In this document: piece by piece, positions 25,901-37,288 of the stretch | Position numbering within the stretch: position 1 is the stretch's first letter | How the letters are laid out: each line of letters starts with the position of its first letter | From: Macrostomum hystrix | Taxonomy: Eukaryota; Animalia; Platyhelminthes | NCBI GenBank assembly: GCA_950097015.1 | Contig: CATNEN010000037.1 | Location: 2,790,001 to 2,854,000, forward strand | Length of the DNA: 64,000 nt | Reading direction: 5' to 3' | Notes under the pieces: generated by a model | Told to the model about the DNA's origin: nothing | Database searches by the model: none | Seen by the model: only the letters and a program-made list of their open reading frames with translations | Position numbers and translations under genes: made by a program

Positions 25901-28642
25901 AGTTGACAATGTATTTCGCTTATTCAGGAAGCAACCATTTTTAGACGCCACCACAGAGGGCACTGAAATTAACTCCAATAAGAGATTAAAGTAAGCAGAT
26001 CGTTCTGCTAAGTAACAGCACTTGCGCTAACTGGCTTTGCGATCGTGAGTGATTATGTTGATGCATTGAGACAATGTCGCTCTAACCGTCTCTCCCCTGT
26101 CTCGTTGTCTCCCTTTCTGTCTATATCACTATCCCGATCCTTGTCTCCTTATCTCTCCTTCTGCCCCCTTATCTATCCACCTGTCTCTTTGTCTCTCCGC
26201 CTGTCTCCTTATCTCTCTACCTGTCTCCTTATCTCTCTACCAGTCCCCTTATCTCTCCACCTGTCTCTTTGTCTCTCCACCTGTATCCTTATCTCTCCGC
26301 CTGTCTCATTATCTCTTCACCTGTATCCTTATCTCTCCGCCTGTCTCATTATCTCTTCACCTGTATCCTTATCTCTCCGCCTGTCTCCTTATCTCTCCGC
26401 CTGTCTCCTTATCTCTCCGCCTGTCTCCTTATCTCTCCGCCTGTCTCCTTATCTCTCCGCCTGTCTCCTTATCTCTCCGCCTGTCTCCTTATCTCTCCAC
26501 CTGTCTCATAATCTCTCCACCTGTCTCATCATCTCTCCACCTATCTCCTTTTCTCTCCGCCTGTTTCATTATCTCTCCACCTGTCTCCATATCCATCTAC
26601 CTATCTCCTTATCTATCCACCTGTCTCTTTATCTCTCCACCTGTCTCCTTATCTCTTCACCTGTCTCCTTATCTTACCAGCTGTCTCATTATTGCTATTT
26701 CTCATTCTCCTTTTGATTACCCCCTGTCTCTGTATCAGCTTATCAGGAATAAAATTTTCATTTTTTAAATGGCTTTCTGTAATATAAAAATTAGACTTTT
26801 CAAATTTTACTTAGCAATGCATAGCAATGTATTTTTTCTCTATCTTTTGACTTCCCAAAAGTCTTAGGAGATTCGCCAGTATCCGCAACACAACCCTCGA
26901 TTCCCCTCCCGCCGCACACAAAAACTTTGTCTCCAACCAACAGCCAAATCCCAGGGGGAGGCGCCTATAGGATGTAGTCGACCTGCTCAACGATAGATAA
27001 AGCTAGCCCAGCGGGAAAGGGATTTGGGATTTGAGACTCTCAGACCTGGGAGCAAGTTTCTAGACGACTCACAATTGGCTCCTGAGTCCGTCACTCTTAA
27101 TCTCTTCTCCCCTGTTACTCTCTGGCGGCTACTTCTAGGCCGGATAGTTTGGCTATTTGTCACAGTTTGCCAAACTGATCCAAACTTCAGACTGCTCTCC
27201 ATCTTAGCCAGTCTCTCCTTTGTTCAATAACTGATTTGGTGAGTTTTGTGACCGGAAAATTTTACTGACTCAAAACTTTTTTGTCTTTTTGATCTGTCGA
27301 CTCATGCTCTCGCGCCAGATCAACGAGATAGATCAGCGCCAGACATTTATCGGCTGGAAGACATTGTCAGTTAATCGATCAATCAGAGAATCTGGTCTCC
27401 ATCCAGCTTGAAATTGAAATTCGTTTAATCAATAGCAAAAAGCACTTTGCCTGAAGTCTGTCTAGCCTATGACTGAGATGTTTGACTAATGACTGAGATG
27501 TTGGACTAATGACTGAGATGTTGGACTAATGACTGAGATGTTGGACTAATGACTGAGATGTTGGACTAATGACTGAGATGTTGGACTAATGACTGAGATG
27601 TTTCACTAATGACTGAGATGTTTCACTAATCACTGAGATTTTTTATTAGTCAACAAGATATTAGCTTATGGCATGGATTTGACTTTGTCAAAAGGTTATA
27701 CAGAGTTTGTATCTCATATGTAAGATCTATGAAGTCAAAATCGAAATATAGGATCTACGCTCGTATGAGGATATTTATAAATACTAAATTATGAATTACG
27801 TAGTCCTACCCATGTTTGCTATCTGTAAGTACTTATAAAATAAAATTTCACAAATTTGATTTGTCAGCTATTTAAAACCCGGTGGAATATTTTTCAATAG
27901 TGCTTCATTAGAAATCCGGCAAAACAAGAAGGCACAGTTGCCTTGGGATTTTTCCTGACTGAATAGAGGAAAAATCAGCAACAGAAAATCGCAGACAGCA
28001 ACAAGAGCTAGAAATTACCTAAATTCACGCAAGAAGTTCATAAAATGTGAGCTCGGATGCACTTGCGATATGGAGAAGGAGAGAGAGAGGGGACATTGCT
28101 GTGGGGATTTTTTTACTTGCCATCTGCCCTGCCCCCCCCCAAGACGCAGACGCTACTACGAGCGTATTCTAAAAGAAACTCAAATTTTCCTGCGCCGAAA
28201 CAAAAAAACTGCCGCCCAGAAGTGGCAAATAAATTTGTTGACTTTTCTTAGGCCAATTCCGCAGTGGTTAGGGCCGCGCAAAGCATAAGCGATTGAGTAC
28301 ACTTGGCCAGTGGGGCAAACAACAACCCACAGATTGCTTTGGGCCAGACTTTTTAGACAAAAAAAACTGCTTTGACAGGAAATTTGTCCGCCAAGAATCA
28401 GCCGGCGCCGCGCGGCTTTTCTTCACTTCGGAGCTTTTGTCTCTTTGAGCAGCTAAATATGACCGCCCGCCACACTTTCCCTTTCCATTTTCTTTTATCC
28501 TTTCACTCGTTCTGCTTTTAGTGGGAGAAAATTTTTCATTACCCACAGCAATGGGATTCTAAGAAACTGGAGCATTGCTGCTCATGGGGACTCCGCTCAG
28601 TATCGATCCGGAATTGAGGATTTGAGGCTGGACTTGAGCTGA
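16958..28642 (+). CDS. Candidate exons of an unidentified multi-exon gene lying between the minisatellites
   Basis: AG/GT-bounded open segments in the unique spacers: 16958-17095 (FLPNCHLNIEAQPCSPSGCAFYVCIGRR...), 20390-20398, 22358-22407, 25656-25755, 27208-27238, 27319-27365, 28549-28642 (stop). The last four chain in compatible phases; several have G|GTRAGT donors. No recognisable protein family. Confidence 0.25.
17143..19365. repeat. 40/41-bp minisatellite (GACCCGTGAGTCCATTCTCATAGTCAGTGATCGAGTCTCT), ~55 copies
   Basis: Direct tandem repetition; two main length variants (TAGTC / TATTCC). Confidence 0.98.
19366..19645 (+). mobile_element. SINE family A, 5'-truncated copy
   Basis: Matches the copies at 56226 and 63402 (reverse complement); ends in an ATT-rich tail. 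Confidence 0.85.
20508..22330. repeat. 23-bp minisatellite (CCTCTCCTAATCCATTTTATCAG), ~79 copies
   Basis: Direct tandem repetition. Confidence 0.98.
22615..24305. repeat. 34/35-bp minisatellite (CTGTGTACACCAGTACTCTCTGTCACACTCCTGAA)
   Basis: Direct tandem repetition with diverged flanking units. Confidence 0.97.
24868..25651. repeat. 17-bp minisatellite (GYCTGTCTGTCCTGGGT)
   Basis: Direct repetition; 17-aa periodic ORFs in several frames on both strands. Confidence 0.97.
26140..26695. repeat. 20-bp pyrimidine-rich minisatellite (CTGTCTCCTTATCTCTCCRC)
   Basis: Direct repetition with degenerate edges. Confidence 0.93.
27470..27638. repeat. 20-bp minisatellite (GACTGAGATGTTGGACTAAT), ~8 copies
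   Basis: Direct repetition. Confidence 0.93.
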
Positions 28643-28894
28643 GACGTGAGCACTCCTTGTTAGTCTTCATTAACTCAACTGTGAGCTGTGAGAATGGCCA
28701 GCCTTGCAGATTGTTTCTCATCGTCATGGCGAAGGGAGAAGGAGGGAGAGGGTGGGGAGGCTCAGAAGGAAATACAATTCAGAGCTCAGCTTCAGGAGGT
28801 GAAGGGTGACAAAAGGATTTAGCGATGTAATTTTCAAGACATTTCTCAGTATTTTTAGAGAGGCTTGTTGTTTCAGTCCTATGACCGCCATCCC

Positions 28895-29224
28895 TGCTGT
28901 GTGTGAGCTGTCATTCCCTACTGTGTGTGAGCTGTCATTCCCTACTGTGTGTGAGCTGTCATTCCCTACTGTGTGTGAGCTGTCATTCCCTACTGTGTGT
29001 GAGCTGTCATTCCCTACTGTGTGTGAGCTGTCATTCCCTACTGTGTGTGAGGTGTCATTCCTTACTGTGTGTGAGCTGTCATTCCCTACTGCGTGTGAGC
29101 TGTCATTCCCTACTGTGTGTGAGGTGTCATTCCTTACTGTGTGTGAGCTGTCATTCCCTACTGTGTGTGAGGTGTCATTCCCTACTGTGTGTGAGCTGTC
29201 ATTCCCTACTGTGTCTGAGCTGTC
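28895..29224. repeat. 24-bp minisatellite (GTGTGTGAGCTGTCATTCCCTACT)
   Basis: Direct repetition; 8-aa period in the ORF track. Confidence 0.95.
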
Positions 29225-29773
29225 TGACCCCGTATTTACTGAATCCCTCTGAGTTGATGCCGCAGGTATGTCGGCACCTTCCCGCACGTGAGTCGAGGCA
29301 GCTCTCAAGATTGACGGAAGAATCGAGGGAACTCCAAAGCAGGCGCCGACTTCTGTGAGCAGGAAATACCGGACAGAACCGGAGAGCAGACGATGAGCAG
29401 GGCACTTGAGCACGCGGGTCCTCCACAGCAGATCCTTGTCCAGCAATTCAAGTGTGTGACTTTGCCAGACAGGGGGGTACAGTCTGTTTACATTGTCTGC
29501 TAGCCAAGCTGTTAGAAGCTGGAATAACTATTTTGAAGCTGTTTTTGTTATCATTTTTCTTCCAGAAGCTAGGGGGAACGTGAGGTATCAGCAACCTAAA
29601 CACACTTTTAAGGGATTATCTTACTTGTTTTTGTAGCAAATTGCAAAATAGCACTTAAGAAGTAAAATAAATGATGTTGTCGCCTTATACTACCACGAAT
29701 GTTTCCGTAGCGATAACGCGACTTTGATGTTGAACTTAAGACATTTTTCAGTGGCTCGGTAAATAATTTCGAA

Positions 29774-30253
29774 ATCACACGTGATCATCACAATATTCCA
29801 TGACCTTCAAACCATTGCGGCATCACGTGATCATCACAAGATTCCATGAACTTCAAACCATTGCGGCATCACGTGATCATCACAAGATTCCATGAACTTC
29901 AAACTATTGCGGTATCACGTGATCATCACAAGATTCCATGACCTTCAAACTATTGCGGTATCACGTGATCATCACAAGATTCCATGACCTTCAAACTATT
30001 GCGGTATCACGTGATCATCACAAGATTCCATGACATTCAAACCATTGCGGTATCACGTGATCATCACAAGATTCCATGACATTCAAACCATTGCGGGATC
30101 AAGTGATTATCACAAGATTCCATGACCTTTAAACCATTGCGGTATCACGTGATCATCACAAGATTCCATGACCTTTAAACCATTGCGGCATCACGTGATC
30201 ATCACAAGATTCCATGACCTTCAAACCATTGCGGCATCACGTTATCACGTGAC
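29774..30253. repeat. 46-bp minisatellite carrying the ATCACGTGAT palindrome, ~10.5 copies
   Basis: Unit ATCACGTGATCATCACAAGATTCCATGACCTTCAAACCATTGCGGY; 10 intact CACGTG. Confidence 0.95.
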
Positions 30254-30379
30254 AAGGTTAAAAGTTTCTCGTCAACCCACCCAACCAAATTGCAGGTAGA
30301 GTCGTGCTGCGTCGCCTTTTTCGGTTGGTACTACCGGTTGCAACAGAACGATAATAAATTCCTGCAGACTATTAGCTTC

Positions 30380-31831
30380 ATGGCCAGCAGCAGCAGCAGC
30401 AGCAATGCTACACTGGTTAACCTGAATCTCACTGGTCCAGTGGGAGAAGACCTGCTCCGTATCTACCAGTGCACTCTCACCGAGGAACTCGCCCAGAAGA
30501 ACATGGAGTTCTGCCGAGACTTTCTCGAGAAAGGCATGCTGGGCCGGAGCCTGCACGTCAAAGTGCCGCTCGTGCTGCTGTTCTGCCTCCTATTCACCGT
30601 CGGCTTTGTCGGCAACAGCCTGGTCATCCTCAGCGTGGCCCTCTTCCCCGCGATGCGCTCTCGGACGAATCTATTCCTACTGAATCTGGCCATCAGCGAT
30701 GTGTTAGTCTTTGTGGTCTGCCTGCCGCTGACGGCCTACAACATCGTCAACTCGCGCTGGATATTCGGCGCCGTCCTCTGCAAACTGGCCCCATTTGTTC
30801 AGGGCGTGTCAATCTCAGTGTCCATCTGCTCCTTGGCCTCCATGTCCATCAAGCGGTACGTGCTGATTCGCTTCCCGATGACGGCTAAGGGCGCCCTCAC
30901 GAACCGCACAATGTGCCTGTGGCTAGCAGGCATCTGGCTGCTCTCCATGCTGCTCTGCAGTCCCACCCCGATGGCCTACGTCCAGAAGGAGCAAAAAGTC
31001 TTCTGGCTGTTCACCGTGCATTCCTGCGTGGAGGACTGGCAGGCCTCGCAGAGTCGGCGGACGGGCTACACGCTGTTCCTCCTATTCGCACTGTACATCA
31101 TCCCGCTGAGCGCCATGACCGTGTTCTACTGCAAGCTGGGCCGGTCCCTGGTGGTGTCCACCGCCCGCCTGGCTGAAGGCAGTGCCGCCGCGGCCACTAA
31201 TCAGCGCAGCGCCCGGGCGGCCAGGCAGAGCCGTTTGCGGGCCAGCCGCATGATGGTGGCCCTGCTGCTGGCCTTCGCCATTTGCTGGCTGCCCTACCAC
31301 ATTGTGAACCTGCTGATCGACCTGCGCTATCCGGGAAAGCAGCCGGACCTAATTGATGGCAAATCCAACGGTACTGCGCCGCCTGCCGCGGCCGCCGCCG
31401 GTGCCATCAACGATGGCGACGGCTTGCTGGTGACGGCCCTGCTGCCGCTGGCCACGCTGCTTGGCTTCGCTAATAGCGCCATCAATCCCATCTGCCTGGT
31501 GCTGGTCAGCTCCAAGTTCAAGGCCTACTTTCGCCTGATTGTCACCTTGCGCTGCTCTGCCGATGAGCAGTCTACTCGGGCCAGGTCGGAGCGGGCCCAG
31601 ATGTACTCGCTGCACTCGCGCACCCACCCAGCCTCGCTGCACTTCAGGGAGCCGGGCTCACCGGATGATGCCGACCGAGTCAAAGCCGCGCCAGCCGCCG
31701 TTCCGGCTGCCATCGCCACGGAGGCTCTGGTTGAAGCCACCATCTACGAGGAGCCGGCCGAAGCCGAGAAGGACGACGACGAGCCGCGCGCTCAGGAGGC
31801 CCTGCTGAGCAACGAGAGCGAAGATGAGTGA
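30380..31831 (+). CDS. Intronless class A GPCR, neuropeptide-receptor type (orexin/allatotropin/NPFF-SIFamide-like), 483 aa
   Basis: Seven hydrophobic segments with GN (TM1), NLAISD (TM2), W..G..LCK, KRY (DRY position), W (TM4), YIIP (TM5), FAICWLP (TM6), NSAINPICL (TM7); ECL2 Cys in HSCVEDW. The ATG at 30380 follows a CAG acceptor. Confidence 0.93.
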   Translation: MASSSSSSNATLVNLNLTGPVGEDLLRIYQCTLTEELAQKNMEFCRDFLEKGMLGRSLHVKVPLVLLFCLLFTVGFVGNSLVILSVALFPAMRSRTNLFLLNLAISDVLVFVVCLPLTAYNIVNSRWIFGAVLCKLAPFVQGVSISVSICSLASMSIKRYVLIRFPMTAKGALTNRTMCLWLAGIWLLSMLLCSPTPMAYVQKEQKVFWLFTVHSCVEDWQASQSRRTGYTLFLLFALYIIPLSAMTVFYCKLGRSLVVSTARLAEGSAAAATNQRSARAARQSRLRASRMMVALLLAFAICWLPYHIVNLLIDLRYPGKQPDLIDGKSNGTAPPAAAAAGAINDGDGLLVTALLPLATLLGFANSAINPICLVLVSSKFKAYFRLIVTLRCSADEQSTRARSERAQMYSLHSRTHPASLHFREPGSPDDADRVKAAPAAVPAAIATEALVEATIYEEPAEAEKDDDEPRAQEALLSNESEDE

Positions 31832-32939
31832 ATTGCGAAGGGAGACTTCTGGAGAGACGTTGTGCTGAAGGACATTCTTGTTTAGCCTGATGCGATTCAA
31901 CTTACGTTTCTATGATGCTTATTTCTCTATCCTCTGACCATTATTATTACTCTCCAATGCGAGGCTCCGTATTGATGGGATCAACCCCGGCATCCCCTGG
32001 ATTAGCTAGCAATTGAGAAAATTGTGACATTGAGCAAAACTAGACTGAACTCAATTACAGGGGCCAATCAGCGGCCGCCTTCTCCCTGCCTAATTAGAAG
32101 GTCTTGAATGCCCAGACAAGTCTCTCGGGTTAATCTCCGGGCCTGATTTCCCGACACTTTCCAGCGGCAAAGCAACCAGGTAACTGAGCATACACAGCGA
32201 AATAAATAGGAGATTGTTAAGACCGACTGTACGGATGCAGAGTCAAGGCCTCAGGGGTGAATTTTCAATGGATTTCATTGAATAATACGGCATCGCGTGA
32301 CTAGCATAATTATTTTCTTCACTCGCTTTGCCAAAGCTGATATTTGGAGATGGGTGAGACCTCAATGTTGAATGTCACGTATATCCTACTTTACCTTTCT
32401 TCTGTTCCTGATCGCTGCTTTCGCGCTAAATCATTCTATTCATTTGTTCTTAGCTAACATTTCAAACACACGATTAACATTTTAATAGTTGTTAACAGTA
32501 GAAACACCACGGGGTATTTCGACGACACTCATTTTTCATTTTTCTGAATCTCCCAAAATGCTCAGCCAATCACCATGAAAATCCAGAAGACGGGCTAAAA
32601 TTTTGCGCTCTATCCGATGAAACAACTTCCAGAATTAATTTTGAACCAATATGGATTCGCCATAAAGGCTTATACAGAGGCTTATACTTGTCGATGTCAC
32701 CAGGGTCTCCGCTGAATATCTCGACCATGCTGGCACGAAGGGCTTTGAAGGTTATTTCATCTTAAATGGCAGAAAATTTAGATTCAGATGGTGGACTTTC
32801 ACGAAAACCGGTCATTCGGTTTGGGAGCTGTCGTGAAGTAGGCAGTAGGGATTTGAAATACTCCCGAGGTGTTTCTACTGTGTTAATCGAGAGAATAAAT
32901 GGAATTGACACCCGTTGGTATTGTTTTGGGCCCGGCCTA

Positions 32940-33138
32940 CAGCCAATTGCAGCCGCAGCTATTGTACAAAGCTTCTAAAGTCTGTCCATGGACTGGGGGG
33001 CAGCCGTTACTCACGTAAATTTATAGTCTTAGTCGGGAAGTTCAGTTTTTTGCTCAAGGACATGACTGGTTTGCCTTGAATGAGAATCAAACTGACCACC
33101 CCTCGGTCAGAACTATGATGCTCTAACAACTAGGCTGC
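32940..33138 (-). mobile_element. SINE family B, degenerate copy
   Basis: Reverse-complement head (GCAGCCTAGTTGTTAGAGC) and tail remnants (GTCCATGGAC, GCAGCCGCAGCTATTG). Confidence 0.55.
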
Positions 33139-33436
33139 AAGGTCCAATCGATGGTAGAGTTCATTTTACTTATAAATTAGTAAACGTATATGCTTCATAT
33201 TACTGTTGTTTACAATAAAAATTCCTTGTTTTATTCAGCAAATGTGTTGTTTCGACTTGTTAATAATAATAATAAGCTGGTTTCAATTATTACTGACGTC
33301 CTTATCATAATTAAATTCAATCTCTTAGACGGGTCAAAGTGCAAACTTTTTGTTTCACCGAGGCTTATTGACTAAACAAACGAATCTAATGAACAGTTCA
33401 GGGCTTGTATGGTGGTAGAAAGTAACAAGGGTTATG

Positions 33437-33815
33437 CAATGAGGTCATAGAGAACTGGATGAGGTCATAGAGAACTGGATGAGGTCATAGAGAAATGGAT
33501 AAAGTCATAGAGAACTGGATGAGGTCATAGAGAACTGGATGAGGTCATAGAGAACTGGATGAGGTCATGGTGAACTGGATGAGGTCATGGTGAACTGGAT
33601 GAGGTCATGGTGAACTGGATGAGGTCATGGTGAACTGGATGAGGTCATTGAGAACTGGATGAGGTCATGATTAACTGGATGAGGTCATAGAGAACTGGAT
33701 GAGGTCATGGTGAACTGGATGAGGTCATTGAGAACTGGATGAGGTCATGGTTAACTTGATGAGGTCATTGAGAACTGGATAAGTTCATGGTAAACTGGAA
33801 GAGGCCATTGTGAAC
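33437..33815. repeat. 20-bp minisatellite (GAGGTCATRGWGAACTGGAT)
   Basis: Direct repetition downstream of the stomatin stop codon. Confidence 0.95.
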
Positions 33816-33857
33816 TGTGAATAGAGACAGTTACGTAAGTATTGTTTGATCTTCAGT

Positions 33858-35909
33858 TCACAATCCATGATCTGGCTCGACCAGCTCCGCGCCAGGTTTC
33901 ACAGCTGACGCCAGCAAAGCCGCCGACTTGTTGGCCGGCATCAGCTGCATTGGCATCGGGAACAGCACGGTGGAGTCCTTCTCAACCGCGATGGCGCTCA
34001 GAGTCTGCATGTAGCGCAGCCGGGCGCCCAGAGGAGTTCGGCCAATGACGCTCGCTGCCTCCCGCAGCGTCAGGGCGGCCATCAGCTCGCCCTCCGCGGC
34101 GATGACGCTGGCGTTGGCTTCTCGCTGAGCTTCGGCCTCGACAGCCATGGCGCGCTGCATCAGCACCGGGAGGCGGGCGTCGCGAACTTCAACTCGCTCC
34201 ACCTAACGGCAATAATTTCATAGGTTTCGTATACGTTAATATTTTTATTGCTACTGTTATTGTTATTCGCAAATTAAAAAATTCTTGACTGGCTACTTAA
34301 AGTAGCGACTGCAGAAGATCAGTATCTGAATAGGTCCAGTCGGTGTTCGAATGGTCCGGTTGGGTTTCTCACGATCTCATTTAAATTTTCTCGAGTCATT
34401 CCTAAATTTGAAAATTTGTGGGTACTTGTTATTGCGGCACAGACAGGCACCAACTTCCACTTGCCTTGACGCCCCATGGGTCGGTGGCAGCATCCAGACT
34501 GCCCTGCATCGACATGGCGATGGCACTCTTCTCGGAGAGAATCTCCTGCAGCGACTTGGTGCCCAGAGTGTTGCGCAGAGTCGTCTGCGCCATCAGACGC
34601 GTGGCTCGGTGAACGTCGCAAACCTCAACACTAGACTTGACGGGGTCGAAGATTCGATAATAGACGACAGCGTCAACCGAGATTGTGACGGAGTCTCTGG
34701 TAAGGATCTCCTGAGGCGGTATGTTGAAGGTCACGGTGCGAAGGTCCATCACGTGGACATTGTCAATCAGGGCGTGGACGAAGTAGAGGCCAGGACCTTC
34801 AGGATTAGAGCCGAGAGTGGTATTGTAGGATAAGCTTGCAAAGAAATGACAATTAAAACTTCTCGAAGTGTGCTCGCGTCACCTCTGGCTCCGCGCACGC
34901 GTCCGAATCGATAGATCACAGCCCGCTCGTACTGCTGCACAACTCGAACACAGAACCACACCGACAGCGGGAAGGTGAGAACAATCAGAGCTGTGCTGCC
35001 GGCCACGAGTGCTAGCTGGCACATTCGGGCACCAAGGCTACCTGCGCCTGCGCCATGTCCTTGCCAAGACTGACTGCGGTTGGTGCTGTCTGACCGGGCG
35101 GAATATGACAGTAAAGTACATGCATATAAAGCCATCTCAAAATTAATCTGAAACTGAATATGACAGCCTCAAGGACGACCAGGAGCAGAATATCACAGAC
35201 GACCAGGAGCAGAATATCACAGACGACCAGGAGCAGAATATCACAGACGACCAGGAGCAGAATATCACAGACGACCAGGAGCAGAGTATCACAGACGACC
35301 AGGAGCAGAGTATCACAGACGACCAGGAGCAGAATATCACAGACAACCAGGAGCAGAATATCACAGACGACCAGGAGCAGAGTATCACAGACGACCAGGA
35401 GCAGAGTATCACAGACGACCAGGAGCAGAGTATCACAGACGACCAGGAGCAGAGTATCACAGCAGCAAGGATGACCAGGACTAGAATCTGACAGACAACC
35501 AGGACCAGAATATGACAGCCTAATAAACGATCAGGACCAGAATATGACAGCCTAATAAACGATCAGGACCAGAATATGACAGCCTAATAAACGATCAGGA
35601 CCAGAATATGACAGCCTAATAAACGACCAGGACCAGAATATGACAGCCTAATAAACGATCAGGACCGGAATATGACAGCCTAATAAACGACCAGGACTAG
35701 ATTATGACAGCCTTACAGATGACCAGGATCGGACAAAAAACAAACTCACACAGAACCAGAAATATTGCATCAAATATTGCAATATCAAATAGAGCAGTCG
35801 GGCAAACCTTACCTTGTACATAGCCAACCAGCACAGGTGGCACAATGCCAACAGATTCAAGTCTTGTCTGATCAGCAGTCGTATTGTTGTCTGCCTCCTG
35901 TGTCTGCAT
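33858..35909 (-). CDS. STOM: Stomatin/MEC-2-like band-7 (SPFH) protein, 4 exons, ~326 aa
   Basis: Exons 35909-35813, 35089-34883, 34796-34465, 34202-33858 join in frame. Motifs: TFPLSVWFC, YERAVIYRFGR, GPGL, DLRT..F.IPPQEILTRDSVT, AQTTLRN.LG, WGVKVERVE, QRAMA.EAEA, LRYMQTL. Intron 3 is GC-AG. Exon 1 is less certain than the others. Confidence 0.92.
35175..35470. repeat. 24-bp minisatellite (GACGACCAGGAGCAGARTATCACA) in stomatin intron 1
   Basis: Direct repetition. Confidence 0.93.
35500..35725. repeat. 32-bp minisatellite (TAATAAACGATCAGGACCAGAATATGACAGCC) in stomatin intron 1
   Basis: Direct repetition; shares the CAGGA.CAGAATAT core with the adjacent 24-mer. Confidence 0.9.
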
Positions 35910-36544
35910 GCCAAAAAGCGCAAGAAATCGCCACAGGACTCGCTGCTCGATGCATCAAATCTTTTTTTTTCCTCTGGCCAGCGTGCTTTATATTTGTGCT
36001 AGGATTTTTTAAGTGTTTGTCGATGATCGCCCAGTCACGGGAGGAGAGCGCACGGGAGAATGGCTCCAAATGGCGAATGTCTTTCCTCAGCGTTCGCAGC
36101 ATTCATTCTTCTTTCAGTTGCTTTCCTCGGCGGAGGCTTTCAACGGCGGCGGCGCAGTCGCAGCTGCTCCATCAGGCGGGATGCGGGGACTCGAATGGCG
36201 AACAAAAGCCACTTCCTTTCAGGCGTGGGTCCTGGCAGGAAACACGGCTGGCCAAGTGGGCAATAAAGGAGCCTTAGTCGACAATTTTCCGCTATTTTTT
36301 TCTCGCTAAAAATAAATAATAACCTCAATGCAGAAGCTTCACAAAGAAATTCCTGCGAAACAGTTTTTCTTAACTTTCCCTTCCTGTCCTAACAGACTCT
36401 TCAATCTGCGCGATGGCCCCGCCACTGCCCGCCACAATGAATCTATTATTTGATACACTCCTTGGCTAGAGTAGCGCATTATTTTTGTAAGCCTTAATTC
36501 AAACATTTCTACTTTAATTAGTAGCTTGCTTTTTATTAAGGGGT

Positions 36545-36825
36545 TGTAGCCTAGTCGTTAGATGGTCAGACTCACGACTCGAAGGTCAGGGGTTCGATTT
36601 AAGTTCGAAAAACTTCAGTATTTTAGCAAGACACTTAACTCTGCTTTGATACAGCTCACCCAGCTGTTAAATGGCTACCAGTATTAGCTGGGTAATTGAG
36701 GGTGAGTGTGGCGTCCCCGCTGTCCATGGACTGAACAGTCCTAAGCAGCCTTCAATGCACCGCGCAATAGCTGCGGCTGTGCTGCTGGCTGCACATCTAG
36801 TTTACCCGATCGGGGCAGGTGCAAC
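36545..36825 (+). mobile_element. SINE family B (tRNA head + CORE-like domain)
   Basis: A-box-like TAGCCTAGTCGTTAG, B-box GGTTCGATT, then TAGCAAGACACTTAACTCTG...CACCCAGCTGTTAAATGG; homologous to the copies at 44361 and 46372. Confidence 0.85.
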
Positions 36826-37211
36826 AAATTAGTTATATTTTTATAGCTTGCAGTTTTTTGTATTCTAGTTAAGGAAATCTGTGTTAAATTGAAGAATATC
36901 AAAAGACAGTGGCAACAGTCAAAGGATTTTTGTTAGGATTATTTTTACCTTATTTTTCAGATTTTTCGCAGTTTTTAGCCTTAGTAAACAAGTTTATTCA
37001 GAGGCTGTCTATGATGGTAAATTATGGCGGCATTTGTGTTTAATTTAAGAAAAACTGCGTTTTAAAAGATTGATACGCATAATAGACTTGCACAATTGTT
37101 AACCTAGGTATGCTAAACAGTGTCATTCATTTCATCGATTGTCACTTATCGAACCATGTCGGCTATGATTGTTGACTATTTTAGATTGATTAACTAGTTT
37201 TTTTCACTAGT

Positions 37212-37288
37212 GCAGCCGGCCATGTGCAGCCGCAGCTATTGCGCGGTGCATTGAAGGCTGCTTACGGCTGTTCAGTCCATGGACAGGC
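37212..37288 (-). mobile_element. SINE family B 3' fragment
   Basis: Reverse complement of the tail of the 36545 copy. Confidence 0.75.

Noticed and set aside
24845-26716. Repetitive ORFs (TDRHPGQ.., VCPGCLS.., SLSLRLSP..)
   Set aside because: Minisatellite translations that are open in many frames on both strands.
28549-28642. NGILRNWSIAAHG as the end of a proprotein convertase P domain
   Set aside because: Only a short motif resemblance; no subtilase catalytic motifs were found in the upstream spacers.
17143-30253. CRISPR-like arrays
   Set aside because: Units are contiguous with no unique spacers, there are no cas genes, and the context is eukaryotic.
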